From positions 1 through 51,852 of the forward strand of contig JBDSAJ010000990.1 in NCBI GenBank assembly GCA_039922235.1: DNA of 51,852 nt, written 5' to 3'. Source of the stretch: Umezawaea sp. (GTDB taxonomy: Bacteria > Actinomycetota > Actinomycetes > Mycobacteriales > Pseudonocardiaceae). A model generated the notes under the pieces. It searched no databases. It saw only the letters and a list, made by a program, of their open reading frames with translations, and was not told the origin of the DNA. The stretch's first letter is position 1; the number at the start of each line of letters is the position of its first letter. This document shows, piece by piece, positions 1 through 10,082 of the stretch. A program made the translations under genes and the position numbers.

Positions 1-58
1 CCCCGCAACGGCTCCTCCACACGACCACTCACGTGATGACCGGTCCGGAAGGAAACTC

Positions 59-694
59 ATGCCTACCACCAGCGCCGTGCTGCTGGCCACCACCCTGCTG
101 GGGTGGACCGCCAGCGCCGGATACGCCCTGCACCTGTTCCAGCGCCTGCACACCGACCCCCTGACCGGACTCGGGAACCGCGCCATCCTGGAGAGCATCG
201 CCCGCCGCGCCGCCCGCTCCCGCCACGGTGGCTCGGTCGGGTTGCTGCTGCTCGACCTCGACCGGTTCAAGACGATCAACGACACCCACGGCCACGCCGT
301 CGGTAACCACGTCCTGCGCGTCCTGGCCGCCCGACTGACCGCCGCCCGACGGCCCGGTGAGTTCCCGATCCGGCTACACGGCGACGAGTTCGCCCTCTGG
401 CTCGGGTTCCTGCCCTCCGGCGCCCGCGGTCGACAACTGGCGGCCCAACGGGCGGGCGAGATCCGGCGGGTGCTGGCCGAGCCGATCACCGTCGCCGGAA
501 CCCGGTTGTCCATTGCGGCCAGCATCGGCGCGCACATCCTGCCCGCGGCCGGACTGCCACTGCCCGCGCTGCTGGCCGGGGCCGACGCCGCCATGTACAC
601 CGCCAAACGCGGCGGACGCCTGTCGAGCCTGCCCGTCACCGGCCGCCTGCGCGACCACCACAACCACGACCGCACCGAGCGCGACAGCGCCTGA
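59..694 (+). CDS. GGDEF-domain protein with N-terminal membrane segment (variant HGDEF active site)
   Basis: TDPLTGLGNR, DLDRFKTINDTHGHAVG, RLHGDEF, ASIG and ADAAMYTAK motifs. Confidence 0.9.
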   Translation: MPTTSAVLLATTLLGWTASAGYALHLFQRLHTDPLTGLGNRAILESIARRAARSRHGGSVGLLLLDLDRFKTINDTHGHAVGNHVLRVLAARLTAARRPGEFPIRLHGDEFALWLGFLPSGARGRQLAAQRAGEIRRVLAEPITVAGTRLSIAASIGAHILPAAGLPLPALLAGADAAMYTAKRGGRLSSLPVTGRLRDHHNHDRTERDSA

Positions 695-769
695 AACCCC
701 GTGGCGGGACGGGTGTCTCCCCCTCCCCGCCCCGCCACGGCACCACCCATGCAGCGAAAGGAACCCGTC

Positions 770-1681
770 GTGTCCGATCACGCCGCCACCGCCCGACTCG
801 CCGAAGCGCTCATTGCCGCCGATCGCGGCTGGCATGTGTTCCCCGTCATCGCCAACAGCAAGCGCCCCGCGATCACTGACTGGGAGAACCGCGCCACCGC
901 CGACCCCGCGTCAATTCGTCGGTTCTGGACCAGGTACCCGACCTACAACGTCGGTGTCGCCACGGGACCCTCGAACCTGGTCGTGGTCGATCTCGACGTG
1001 GCCAAGTCCGGTCAGGTGGCCCCGGATGGCTTCAACATGCTCGGGGTGTCCGAGGGGGCTGATGTGCTGTCTGTGCTGGCCCAGCGGGCACACGCCACCA
1101 TCCCGGCCACCTACACCGTGCGCACCCCCTCCGGCGGTACTCACCTGTACTACCGGGTATCGACCGGTGTCCGGCTGCGCAACACCGCGGGCACCCTCGG
1201 CTGGCTGATCGACACCCGCGCACATGGCGGCTACGTCGTTGCCTCCGGATCGGTCCTGCCGACCGGCGCCTACGAACTCATGGTCGAGTCGTACCCGGCG
1301 ATTCTGCCCACCTGGATGGTCCAGGCCCTCACCGCCAGGCCCTCACCGGTCGTCTCAGCGACCAACCACAGCGCTCCTGCGCAGCGCGGTAAGTACCTGG
1401 ACGCGATCCTGCAGGGCGAACTGCGCAAGGTCGCAGCGGCGCAACCAGGCCGCCACAACAAGACCCTGTTCCAGGCCGCGTTGTCGCTGGGGCAACTGGT
1501 CGAGGGCGGCGAACTCGACCACGCCGAATCCACCGCCATGTTGCAGCATTCCGCCGCCCACATGGTCACCGGCACCTGCCAGTGCACCGCCCGCCAAATC
1601 GCCGACACCATCGCCTCCGGGCTGCGACTCGGCGCCACCCGGCCGCGTCGACTCGACAACGGTGGCGGTGTCGCGGCGTGA
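770..1681 (+). CDS. Bifunctional DNA primase/polymerase (Prim-Pol)
   Basis: GWHVFP, KRP, NVGVATG, LVVVDLD, TPSGGTHLYY and IDTRAHGGYVV motifs; GTG start follows AAGGAA. Confidence 0.9.
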   Translation: MSDHAATARLAEALIAADRGWHVFPVIANSKRPAITDWENRATADPASIRRFWTRYPTYNVGVATGPSNLVVVDLDVAKSGQVAPDGFNMLGVSEGADVLSVLAQRAHATIPATYTVRTPSGGTHLYYRVSTGVRLRNTAGTLGWLIDTRAHGGYVVASGSVLPTGAYELMVESYPAILPTWMVQALTARPSPVVSATNHSAPAQRGKYLDAILQGELRKVAAAQPGRHNKTLFQAALSLGQLVEGGELDHAESTAMLQHSAAHMVTGTCQCTARQIADTIASGLRLGATRPRRLDNGGGVAA

Positions 1682-1977
1682 CCGTCTACGTCGACAACTT
1701 CCGCGCCCCCGCTCGTGTCGGCCGGATCACCGGCCGCTGGTCGCACCTGGTCACCGACAACCCCGACCTCACCGAACTGCACGAGTTCGCCGCCCGCATC
1801 GGGCTGCAACGCCGCTGGTTCCAGACCGGCAAGCACGCCTACCGGCCGCACTACGACGTCACCGACACCAAACGCACCGCGGCCATCGCGGCCGGGGCCG
1901 TCCCGATCGACATCACCGAACTGGCCGACGTGCTGGCCCGCGCCCGCAACGCCGAATCCGGAAAGGACACGGCATGA
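1678..1977 (+). CDS. DUF4031-family protein
   Basis: VYVD...WSHLVTD...ELHEFAARIG...WFQ...HYDVT...AIAAGA; translationally coupled at both ends. Confidence 0.8.
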   Translation: MTVYVDNFRAPARVGRITGRWSHLVTDNPDLTELHEFAARIGLQRRWFQTGKHAYRPHYDVTDTKRTAAIAAGAVPIDITELADVLARARNAESGKDTA

Positions 1978-2675
1978 ACGTGCTGTCGCTGTTCGCCGGG
2001 ATCGGCGGGCTCGAACTCGGACTCGAACGCGCCGGGATGACCACCGTCGGCCAAGTCGAGATCAACCCGTTCGCCCGCTCCGTGCTCGAACGCCACTGGC
2101 CGGAGGTCCCCCGCCATGACGACGTCCACACCGCCACCACCTGGTGGCACTCCCAGCCCCGCCCACACGTCGACCTGGTCGCCGGAGGATTCCCCTGCCA
2201 GCCCGCATCCGAAGCAGGACCCCGACGGGGTACCGAAGACCCACGATGGCTCTGGCCCGCCATGGCCGACGTCATCGCCGACCTCCGACCACAGTGGGTG
2301 CTGTGGGAGAACGTGCCCGGTCTGCTCACCCGAGGACTGGACATCGTCCACGCCGACCTTGTCCGACTCGGATACCGGCACCGCGTGGGGTGGACCTCCG
2401 CTTGTGCAATGGATGCCCCACACGCACGCAAACGCCTGTTCGGTGTGGCCCACACCGACACACCGCGACGGGCCACGGGGAGCGGGCTACGACCGACCCG
2501 GACGCCCCCTGTCCGAACGCGTCGGTGGCCCGCTGAACCCGACGTGGATCGAGTGGCTCATGGGCTTCCCGGACGGGTGGACCGCGTCGCCGCCCTCGGC
2601 AACGCCGTCGTCCCCGCCGTCAGCGAATACCTCGGCCGACTCCTTCTCGCCAGCCATCACCAGCACGCGGCCTGA
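1974..2675 (+). CDS. DNA (cytosine-5) methyltransferase, alpha-type chain (motif IX not recognisable in this frame)
   Basis: LFAGIGG (I), GGFPCQ (IV), ENVPG (VI), PHARKRLF (VIII), LGNAVVP (X). Confidence 0.9.
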   Translation: MNVLSLFAGIGGLELGLERAGMTTVGQVEINPFARSVLERHWPEVPRHDDVHTATTWWHSQPRPHVDLVAGGFPCQPASEAGPRRGTEDPRWLWPAMADVIADLRPQWVLWENVPGLLTRGLDIVHADLVRLGYRHRVGWTSACAMDAPHARKRLFGVAHTDTPRRATGSGLRPTRTPPVRTRRWPAEPDVDRVAHGLPGRVDRVAALGNAVVPAVSEYLGRLLLASHHQHAA

Positions 2676-2688
2676 ACAGGACACCGCC
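2116..2688 (+). CDS. Overlapping alternative-frame MTase beta-like segment, in frame with the downstream DUF3987 gene
   Basis: Open frame containing WPTP and GPLNPTWIEWLMGFPDGW (motif IX-like, 2524-2580); true start unknown. Confidence 0.55.
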
Positions 2689-4224
2689 ATGACCACCGCC
2701 CGACCCCTGCACGCCGTCCCCGACGACCCGCCCACCGACCAGACACCCGACTGGGACGCACCGATGCCCTTGGGCAGCAGCCGACCCGTCCCGCTCTTCC
2801 CGGTCGACGCCCTGCCGGACTGGATGGCCGCCCACGTCACCGCGGTCGCCGACCTCACCCAAACCCCACCCGACCTCGCCGCATTCCTCGCCCTGGCCGC
2901 CCTGTCCACCGCCGCCGGGGGCCGGGTGCGGGTCGAGATCCGGCCAGGCTGGTCCGAACCGGTCAACCTCTACTCCGTCGTGGTACTCCCACCCGCCTCC
3001 CGCAAAAGCGCGGTGTTCAAGGCCATGACCCGACCGATCCGCGCGGTCGAAAAGGAACTGGTGGAACAAGCGAAAATCGACATCGAAGCCGCCCGGATCG
3101 GCCGCCGCGCGGCGCAGGAATTCGCCGACCGCGCCGAGAAAGCCGTGCTGTCGGCTGATGGTGCCGACCGCGACGCCGCACTCGAAGCCGCGGTCAACGC
3201 CGCCATGCAGGTCGACAAGAACGCCCCGCCCAAATCCCCCCGACTCATCGCCGATGACGCCACCCCGGAAGTGGTGGCAACGCTGTTGGCCGACCACGGC
3301 GGCCGCATCGCCGTGCTGTCGGCGGAAGGCGGCTTGTTCGGCACCCTCGCGGGCCGCTACTCCGGAGCGCCGAATCTCGATGTGTTCCTCAAAGGACACG
3401 CCGGGGATCTGCACCTGGTGGACCGGCAAGGGCGGGAAGCCACCGCCGTGGAAGAACCCGCCATCACGTTGGGGCTCACGATTCAGCCGTCGGTGCTGGA
3501 CGGGTTGGCGCGCAACGAATCCTTCCGCGGCACCGGCCTGCTGGCCAGGATCATGTACTCCCTGCCGGTCAACACCGTCGGCAACAGGATCTCCCGCCCA
3601 GTGGCGCCCGATCCGGAGATCGGCGACGCCTACGACCTCCGTATCCGGTCCCTGGTCCGCGAACTGGCCGAATGGACCGATCCCGCGGTGCTGGTGTTCA
3701 CCCCGGCCGCCGACGACCTCATGGCCGACCTGCAAGACGAGATCGAACCCCGCCTGCACCCCGTCACCGGCTCCTGGGCACACCTCGGGGACTGGGGCGG
3801 CAAACAAGCCGGACTCACCGCCCGCATCGCCGCCCTGCTCCACCTCGCCCACAACCCGACGAGCTGGGCCGGGGCCATCACCACCGACATCTTCACCGCC
3901 GCCCGCCGCATCACCGACTACGCCGCCCAGCACGCACTCGCCGCGTTCGACCGCATGGGCAGCGACCCCGTCATCGACGACGCCCACATGCTGCTGTCGT
4001 GGATCGAACGCACCAACCCGACCTCGTTCACCGTCCGAGAGCTGTTCACGACGGCCAGCCGAGCCCGGTTCAAGAAGGTCGCCGACCTCGCCCCCGCCCT
4101 GGACCTGCTTGAACAGCACGGCCACATCCACCAGGTATCGCCATCGGCGCACTCCGGACGGGGTCGCAAGCCCAGCCCGACCTACTACGTCCACCCCACC
4201 TACCGCACGGCAGGCCAGCCATGA
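2689..4224 (+). CDS. DUF3987/YfjI-family replication-associated protein
   Basis: FPVDALP, WSEPVNLY, PPASRKSA, DDATPE, SAEGG, GLLARIMY motifs and a C-terminal winged-helix-like tail. Confidence 0.8.
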   Translation: MTTARPLHAVPDDPPTDQTPDWDAPMPLGSSRPVPLFPVDALPDWMAAHVTAVADLTQTPPDLAAFLALAALSTAAGGRVRVEIRPGWSEPVNLYSVVVLPPASRKSAVFKAMTRPIRAVEKELVEQAKIDIEAARIGRRAAQEFADRAEKAVLSADGADRDAALEAAVNAAMQVDKNAPPKSPRLIADDATPEVVATLLADHGGRIAVLSAEGGLFGTLAGRYSGAPNLDVFLKGHAGDLHLVDRQGREATAVEEPAITLGLTIQPSVLDGLARNESFRGTGLLARIMYSLPVNTVGNRISRPVAPDPEIGDAYDLRIRSLVRELAEWTDPAVLVFTPAADDLMADLQDEIEPRLHPVTGSWAHLGDWGGKQAGLTARIAALLHLAHNPTSWAGAITTDIFTAARRITDYAAQHALAAFDRMGSDPVIDDAHMLLSWIERTNPTSFTVRELFTTASRARFKKVADLAPALDLLEQHGHIHQVSPSAHSGRGRKPSPTYYVHPTYRTAGQP

Positions 4225-4225
4225 C

Positions 4226-4551
4226 CAGCCGCAATAGCCGCAGAAGCCGCAGAATTCCCGAACCGCCCTGTTTACCCAGGTCAGCGCGGTCGCGTCTGTG
4301 GAGGGAGTCCAGCCGCAGAAAAGCCGCAGAAAAGCCGCACAAATACCCAGGCCCCGCAGTCGCGCCCGTGACCGAAGTCCGCCGAAGGGGCCGCGGCCGG
4401 TCGCCGCCACCGAGGACGGCCAGGCCGGACTGAATTCTGCGGCTATTTTGCGGCTTTTCTGCGGCTAGACCCCATGATCACTCGCATACCACCTGACCAG
4501 CACAAACACGCCGCGAGCTGAATTCTGCGGCTATTGCGGCTATTGCGGCTG
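4226..4551. repeat. Nested inverted repeats built from 12 AGCCGCA units (candidate origin)
   Basis: 4226-4257 matches the reverse complement of 4520-4551 at 30/32; inner triplets at 4311-4340 and 4432-4466. Confidence 0.85.
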
Positions 4552-4566
4552 CCCGAGGAGGACTCC

Positions 4567-5769
4567 ATGCCCCAGCCCGGACGACGCCCGCCCATCGGGG
4601 TCAAGGTGTCCGACGACATCGAGTACATGCCGAACCGCCCCACGCCCTACCGCGCCCGCATCCGGTGGACGGACCCCGAGACGCGGAGCCGCTGCTCGAT
4701 GTCCGAGTCGTGCGAGAACGAGGACCAGGCCCAGGCGTGGATCGACTCGATGAAGCAAGCAGCAGCCGGAGGCGTCGACCCGACCGCGGGAACCATGACT
4801 CTCGCCGACTACGGGAACGCCAACATGAAGCTGGCACTCCGCGGACTGGAGGCCAAAACGACCGATCCCTACCTGGCCGGATGGCGAAAACGCGTGGTCC
4901 CGACCATCGGGCACATCGCCGTCCAGATGGTCAGCTACGGAGTTGTCGACCGCGCGGTACACGGGTGGATCGCCGACGAGTGCGGACGTTCGACGGTGAA
5001 GAACAGCATTGCCGTGCTGGTCCGCGTGATGGAGCAGGCGTTGCGTGACGAGATCATCGACCGGAACCCTGCTCGGATCACCGGATGGCAACGGGAGTAC
5101 GCGCGTGCCGAGGACGAGTTGGACGATCCGCGTTTGCTCGCGCTGCCGGATTGGACGGCGCTGACTCGACTTGCCGACGGGTTGGTGTCGCGTTCCGCCG
5201 ACGAGTACGAGGGTTGGCGCGATGTTGTGCTGTTCGCCGCGTGTACCGCAGCGCGTATCGGCGAAGTGTCGGGTTGCCGAGTGAAAGACCTCGATACCAA
5301 CGAGTGGACGTGGAACGTGCGGCGCCAGACCACGAACGGCCCAGGAGGTTTGATCGACAAGGGCACCAAGGGAAAACGTGCCCGCCGGGTGCCGATCATC
5401 GAAGAGATTCGCGAACTCGTGCAACGCCGAATCAGCAAGACGGACGGGACCGAGGACGCACGGCTGTTCGTCGGACCACGGGGAGGCAGGATCTCCACCG
5501 CGGTCTTTCGCGACGCGACCCACTGGGACGAGGTCGTGAACAAGCTCGGCTACGAGCACCTGCGGCGCCACGACCTGCGGCACACCGGGTTGACGTGGAT
5601 GGCCGACGCTGGGGTGCCGGTCCACCACTTGCAGAAAATCGCCGGGCACGGCTCGCTCACCACAACGCAGCGGTACCTGCACCCCAACCGCCAGTCGGTT
5701 ACCGACGCGGGAGCGCTGCTCTCACAGCACCTCCAGCGGGCAACCACACCGCGGCTACGGGTCGTGTAG
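4567..5769 (+). CDS. int: Tyrosine recombinase/integrase
   Basis: ARIGEV, HDLRHT, AGH and TTQRY catalytic motifs; RBS GAGGAGG. Confidence 0.95.
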   Translation: MPQPGRRPPIGVKVSDDIEYMPNRPTPYRARIRWTDPETRSRCSMSESCENEDQAQAWIDSMKQAAAGGVDPTAGTMTLADYGNANMKLALRGLEAKTTDPYLAGWRKRVVPTIGHIAVQMVSYGVVDRAVHGWIADECGRSTVKNSIAVLVRVMEQALRDEIIDRNPARITGWQREYARAEDELDDPRLLALPDWTALTRLADGLVSRSADEYEGWRDVVLFAACTAARIGEVSGCRVKDLDTNEWTWNVRRQTTNGPGGLIDKGTKGKRARRVPIIEEIRELVQRRISKTDGTEDARLFVGPRGGRISTAVFRDATHWDEVVNKLGYEHLRRHDLRHTGLTWMADAGVPVHHLQKIAGHGSLTTTQRYLHPNRQSVTDAGALLSQHLQRATTPRLRVV

Positions 5770-5852
5770 TCACTCAGCTAGACCCTCAAGGTCCACAAAT
5801 GGTCCACAGAACGACCTCGGACTGATCTTGAGCAAGATCCACAAATGCATAT

Positions 5853-5903
5853 GAAAAAGCCCCGCTGACCTCGACCTATGTCAAGTTTCAGCGGGGCTTT
5901 TTC
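5853..5903. terminator. Hairpin between the convergent int and tRNA-Pro genes
   Basis: GAAAAAGCCCCGCTGA ... TCAGCGGGGCTTTTTC, a 16-bp perfect inverted repeat. Confidence 0.8.
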
Positions 5904-5908
5904 GACCG

Positions 5909-5982
<74 letters not shown>

Positions 5983-6161
5983 GCCACACCCGTTTGCTGG
6001 GTGCTCGGAAAGCTTAGCGTATCCAGCGACGGGGGTTGACATGGGGGGCTGTTGGGGGTGATCAAGGGGTTGAGCTGGGGAGATGGCAGAGGCCCGCCTG
6101 GGCGGGCCTCTGCTCCCCCTTGGTCGCGATCGGCCCCCCGACCGTCGATCGACAGGGGCAA

Positions 6162-7301
6162 CTATGCGTTTGCGGGGTTTCGTGCGCTACCGCCATAAGT
6201 CGAGTCATTTTGGTCAACTTTCGTCCTACCCGTGGGTAGGGTTGCTTCTACCTGGAAGCCGCCGTCTGGGGTTGGGGCTGCCTTGAAGGTGCCGCCCAGG
6301 AGGGTTACGCGTTCGGAGAGGCCGTGTAGGCCTGTGCCGTTGTGGTGGGTGTGTGGTCGAGGGGTGGCTGGGGGTGTGTTGAGCACCTTGACGTGCACGG
6401 TGCGGGTGGTGTGGGTCAAGGTGATCTCCACGGGGGTGTTCGGGGCGTGTTTGGTGACGTTCGTGAGGGCCTCCTGGATCACTCGGTAGATGGCTCGGGC
6501 TGTGGTGGAGGTGGTGGGGGTGTTCAACTGGTTGTCGAAGTGGATGGGTAGGCCTGCTGCTCGGGCTTTGGCCACCAGTTCTGGTAGGTCTTGGTTGTCG
6601 TCGGTCGGTTCTCCTGGGGTGTTGAGCAGGCCTAGGGCTGCGCGCATTTCGGCGAGGGTTTCCTTTGCCAGCGCGCGTACGCGCAGGGCGGTGTCCTTGG
6701 TGTGCTGTTCGGCGGTGGTGGCGGCCAGCGCGGCTGACTCGACTGCTATGAGGGTGGCGTGGTGGCCTACCGCATCATGGATTTCGCGGGCGATCCTGGC
6801 TCGTTCCGAGGCTCTGGCCGTGTTCGCTCGGGCTTCGAGTTCGGCTTCTTTTGCCCTGCTCGTCTCCGCGAGGCTGGTGGTGAGGTCTTGTCTTGCGGTG
6901 ATGAGGGCGCCGATCGCGGTTGGGGCGGCGGACATGAAGAAGGCGAACACCACCGTGAGCAGTGCCTGGTTGATGGCCAGGTGCTCGTTGAGGACCACGA
7001 AGGTCGACGGGATCAGTGTGGTCAGCAGGACGACGGTGATGGTGATACCTGGCGCGGCGGTTCGGCGGCCTGTGCGGTAGAGGGCGACTACGGCTGGGGG
7101 CCAGCCGAGGCCGCCTACCAGGGCCGGTACGCACAGTAGGGCGGCCAGCCATGGCCATCTGAGGCGTAGGGGCAGGGCTAGGCAGGCGGTTAGGGCGGTG
7201 GGGACGGACCAGGGGAACGGGTAGGTGCCTGCCATGAGGACCATGGCTGCTGGGACGGTTACGGCCAGCAGTTCCAGTGCTGCGCGGCGGGGGGTCACCA
7301 C
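6162..7301 (-). CDS. Membrane sensor histidine kinase (HisKA_3 type)
   Basis: ERARIAREIHDAVGH, YRVIQEALTNVTKHA, GTGLHGLSERV. Confidence 0.93.
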   Translation of the reverse strand: MVTPRRAALELLAVTVPAAMVLMAGTYPFPWSVPTALTACLALPLRLRWPWLAALLCVPALVGGLGWPPAVVALYRTGRRTAAPGITITVVLLTTLIPSTFVVLNEHLAINQALLTVVFAFFMSAAPTAIGALITARQDLTTSLAETSRAKEAELEARANTARASERARIAREIHDAVGHHATLIAVESAALAATTAEQHTKDTALRVRALAKETLAEMRAALGLLNTPGEPTDDNQDLPELVAKARAAGLPIHFDNQLNTPTTSTTARAIYRVIQEALTNVTKHAPNTPVEITLTHTTRTVHVKVLNTPPATPRPHTHHNGTGLHGLSERVTLLGGTFKAAPTPDGGFQVEATLPTGRTKVDQNDSTYGGSARNPANA

Positions 7302-7930
7302 GTGGCTCGTTGGGCGACCAGGGCCGCCTGTACGCGGTTCTCGACGCCCAACTTGGTGAGGAGGGTGGAGACGTAGCTCTTCACGGTGGCCTCGGTGAGG
7401 CCGAGGTTGAGGGCTATCGCGGCGTTGGGTTGGCCGGCGGCGACCAGGGTCAGCACCTGGCGTTCGCGGGCGGTCAGGCCTGCCAACTGGTGGTTCTCGC
7501 GCAGGCCTGAGCCGCGGAGCCTGGGCAGGAGGCGGGCGGTGATCCTGGGGTCCAGGACAGCGCCGCCTGCGGCCAGGTCGAGCACCGCGCGGATCAGGGC
7601 GTCGGGTTCGGCGTCCTTGAGCAGGAAGCCCTGTGCGCCGAGGTCCAGGGCGGTGGCCACGTAGTCGTCCAGGTCGAACGTGGTCAGGACCGCCACGACG
7701 GGTGGGTCGGCCAGTTCGTGCAGGAGGCGCAGTGCCTCCAGGCCGTTCACGCCCGGCATCTGGACGTCCACCAGCACCACGTCAGGATGGGCGGTGGTGA
7801 CGACGTCTAACAGTTCGGCGCCGTCGGACGCCTCGGCCACCACCCGGATGCGGTCGTCTGCCTCCAAGAGGACCCTGAGCCCCCGCCGTAGCAGGGGCTC
7901 GTCGTCTGCCAGCACCAATCGCACGACCAC
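7295..7930 (-). CDS. NarL/LuxR-family response regulator
   Basis: LADDE, PDVVLVDVQMP, GFLLKD and LTARERQVL HTH. Confidence 0.95.
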   Translation of the reverse strand: MVVRLVLADDEPLLRRGLRVLLEADDRIRVVAEASDGAELLDVVTTAHPDVVLVDVQMPGVNGLEALRLLHELADPPVVAVLTTFDLDDYVATALDLGAQGFLLKDAEPDALIRAVLDLAAGGAVLDPRITARLLPRLRGSGLRENHQLAGLTARERQVLTLVAAGQPNAAIALNLGLTEATVKSYVSTLLTKLGVENRVQAALVAQRATW

Positions 7931-7974
7931 GTCGCCCAGGAGACCTCATTCGGCCGCCTGGAGCAACCGGGTTG

Positions 7975-9426
7975 CTACTTCTTCCCGCCCTTGCCGCCGC
8001 CCTTGGCACCGGGCTTGCCGCTGAAGCCGCGCTTCTCGCGGACGCGCACGGAGACGCGGACGGGGCTGCCGACGAAGCCGAACTCCTCGCGGAGCTTGCG
8101 CTCGATGAACCTGCGGTAGCCCGCCTCCAGGAAGCCGGAGGTGAACAGCACGAACGTCGGCGGGCGGGTCGAGGCCTGGGTGGCGAACAGGACCTTGGGC
8201 TGCTTGCCGCTGCGGACCGGCGGCGGGGTGGCGGCGATGAGGGCCGTCAGCCACGTGTTGAGCCTGCCGGTGGGCACGCGGGTGTCCCACGACGCCAGCG
8301 CGGTGCGCAGCGCCGGGGCCAGCTTGCGGACGGCGCGGCCGGTCAGCGCGGAGATGTTGACCGTCTCCGCCCACGGCACGCGCACGAGGCCGCGTTCCAG
8401 CTCGCGGACCATCTCCTTGCGGCGGTCCTCGTCCACGAGGTCCCACTTGTTCATGGCCAGCACGATGCCCTTGCCGGACTCGACGGCCATGGTGAGCACG
8501 CGCAGGTCCTGCTCGCTGATCGGCTCGCTCGCGTCGAGCAGCACGATCGCGACCTCGGCCGAGTCGATCGCGGCCTTGGTGCGCAGCGACGCGTAGTACT
8601 CGGCGCCGCTGGCGAAGTTCACCCGCTTGCGCAGACCGGCGGTGTCGACGAAGCGCCACACCTCGTCGTCCAGCTCGACGAGGGTGTCGACCGGGTCGAC
8701 GGTGGTGCCCGCGACCGCGTCGACGACCGAGCGGTTCTCGCCGGTCAGACGGTTGAGCAGGCTGGACTTGCCGACGTTGGGCTTGCCGACCAGCGCGATG
8801 CGGCGGGGGCCCGCGACGACCTTGAAGTCGTCACGGGGGGACTCCGGCAGGGCGGCCAGGATCGCGTCGAGCAGGTCGCCGGAGCCACGGCCGTGCAGAC
8901 CGCTGACGGGCCACGGCTCGCCGAGGCCCAGCGACCAGAGCGCCGCGGTCTCGGCCAGCAGCCGCTCGTCGTCGACCTTGTTCGCGACCAGCAGCACCGG
9001 CCGCTTCGAGCGGCGCAGGATCTTGGCCACCGCTTCCTCGGTGGCGGTGGCGCCGACGGTCGCGTCCACGACCAGCAGGATGACGTCGGCGGCGGCCATG
9101 GCCAGCTCGGCCTGCTCGGCGACGGCGCCCTGCAGGCCGGTCGCGTCGGGCTCCCAGCCGCCGGTGTCCACGACGGTGAACTTGCGGCCGTTCCACAGCG
9201 CGTCGTACGCGATGCGGTCGCGCGTCACGCCGGGCACGTCCTGCACGACCGCCTCGCGGCGGCCGATGATGCGGTTCACCAGGGTCGACTTGCCCACGTT
9301 GGGGCGGCCGACCACGGCGAGCGTGGGTTGCGGGATGGCGGTGCCTTCCTCGCCGTCCTCCGAACCGTCACCGTCGAAGCCCGACCAGTCGGACTCGTCC
9401 GTCCACGTGCCGTCCAAGTCCGTCAC
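7975..9426 (-). CDS. der: Ribosome biogenesis GTPase Der
   Basis: Two G domains ([16 protein letters not shown]; DTGG/DTAG; NKVD/NKWD) and a KH-like tail. Confidence 0.98.
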   Translation of the reverse strand: MTDLDGTWTDESDWSGFDGDGSEDGEEGTAIPQPTLAVVGRPNVGKSTLVNRIIGRREAVVQDVPGVTRDRIAYDALWNGRKFTVVDTGGWEPDATGLQGAVAEQAELAMAAADVILLVVDATVGATATEEAVAKILRRSKRPVLLVANKVDDERLLAETAALWSLGLGEPWPVSGLHGRGSGDLLDAILAALPESPRDDFKVVAGPRRIALVGKPNVGKSSLLNRLTGENRSVVDAVAGTTVDPVDTLVELDDEVWRFVDTAGLRKRVNFASGAEYYASLRTKAAIDSAEVAIVLLDASEPISEQDLRVLTMAVESGKGIVLAMNKWDLVDEDRRKEMVRELERGLVRVPWAETVNISALTGRAVRKLAPALRTALASWDTRVPTGRLNTWLTALIAATPPPVRSGKQPKVLFATQASTRPPTFVLFTSGFLEAGYRRFIERKLREEFGFVGSPVRVSVRVREKRGFSGKPGAKGGGKGGKK

Positions 9427-10082
9427 TTTGCTTCTCCACTCACACTTCTGTTGCGAAAATCGTCCAGTTCGGCCACCAGGGTGGCCAGGCGGTCGCGCAC
9501 CTGTCCGGTGGCAACGTCGAGCGCCTGTTTTCCCTTCCCAGGGGGCAGCTCGAACGGCTCACCGACCAGCACGTCGACCACGGGCAGGAACCGGCGCGAG
9601 GTGCCCGCCGGTCGCAGTGTCCCGCGACAGGCCACCGGCAGCACGACGGCGCCCGACGACCTGGCCAGCCACGCCGCCCCGTGCTGCGCGTCGGCCACGT
9701 CGCCGCTGCCGCGCGTGCCCTCGGGGAAGACGCCGACCACGCCACCGGCGCGGAGCACCTTCAGCGCCGCCATCAGCGGCGCCCGGTCCGGCACACCGCG
9801 GCGCACCGAGAGCTGGCCGATCTTGCGCAGGAACCAGCCCAACAGCCCGACGAACATCTCCTGCTTGATCAGGAACACCACCCGGCGCGGCAGGAAGCCG
9901 AAGAGCAGCGGCCCTTCCACCATCGTGCTGTGGTTCGCCACCACCACGACCGCACCGGTCAACGGTACGTGCTCACGGCCGCGCACCCGTACCCGGAACG
10001 GCAGCGCATAAGGGTACCGCGCGATCCACCGGCCGAAATCCGTCCACCCCGCCGACGCCCCGTCGGGGAGTTGAGCGGTCAC
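9423..10082 (-). CDS. Lysophospholipid acyltransferase (PlsC family)
   Basis: ANH(x4)E variant and FPEGTR motifs; lies between cmk and der. Confidence 0.9.
   Translation of the reverse strand: MTAQLPDGASAGWTDFGRWIARYPYALPFRVRVRGREHVPLTGAVVVVANHSTMVEGPLLFGFLPRRVVFLIKQEMFVGLLGWFLRKIGQLSVRRGVPDRAPLMAALKVLRAGGVVGVFPEGTRGSGDVADAQHGAAWLARSSGAVVLPVACRGTLRPAGTSRRFLPVVDVLVGEPFELPPGKGKQALDVATGQVRDRLATLVAELDDFRNRSVSGEAK

Noticed and set aside
1224-1973. N-terminal extension of the AICE MTase ORF
   Set aside because: Overlaps prim-pol and DUF4031, low complexity; the coupled ATG with RBS is at 1974
4221-4433. 70-aa ORF as an excisionase
   Set aside because: It is a translation of the repeat array with no HTH pattern
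7972-10011. 679-aa + strand ORF and other long antisense ORFs (2620-4410, 43861-46092, 46395-48566)
   Set aside because: Shadow frames of real high-GC genes on the opposite strand; no motifs
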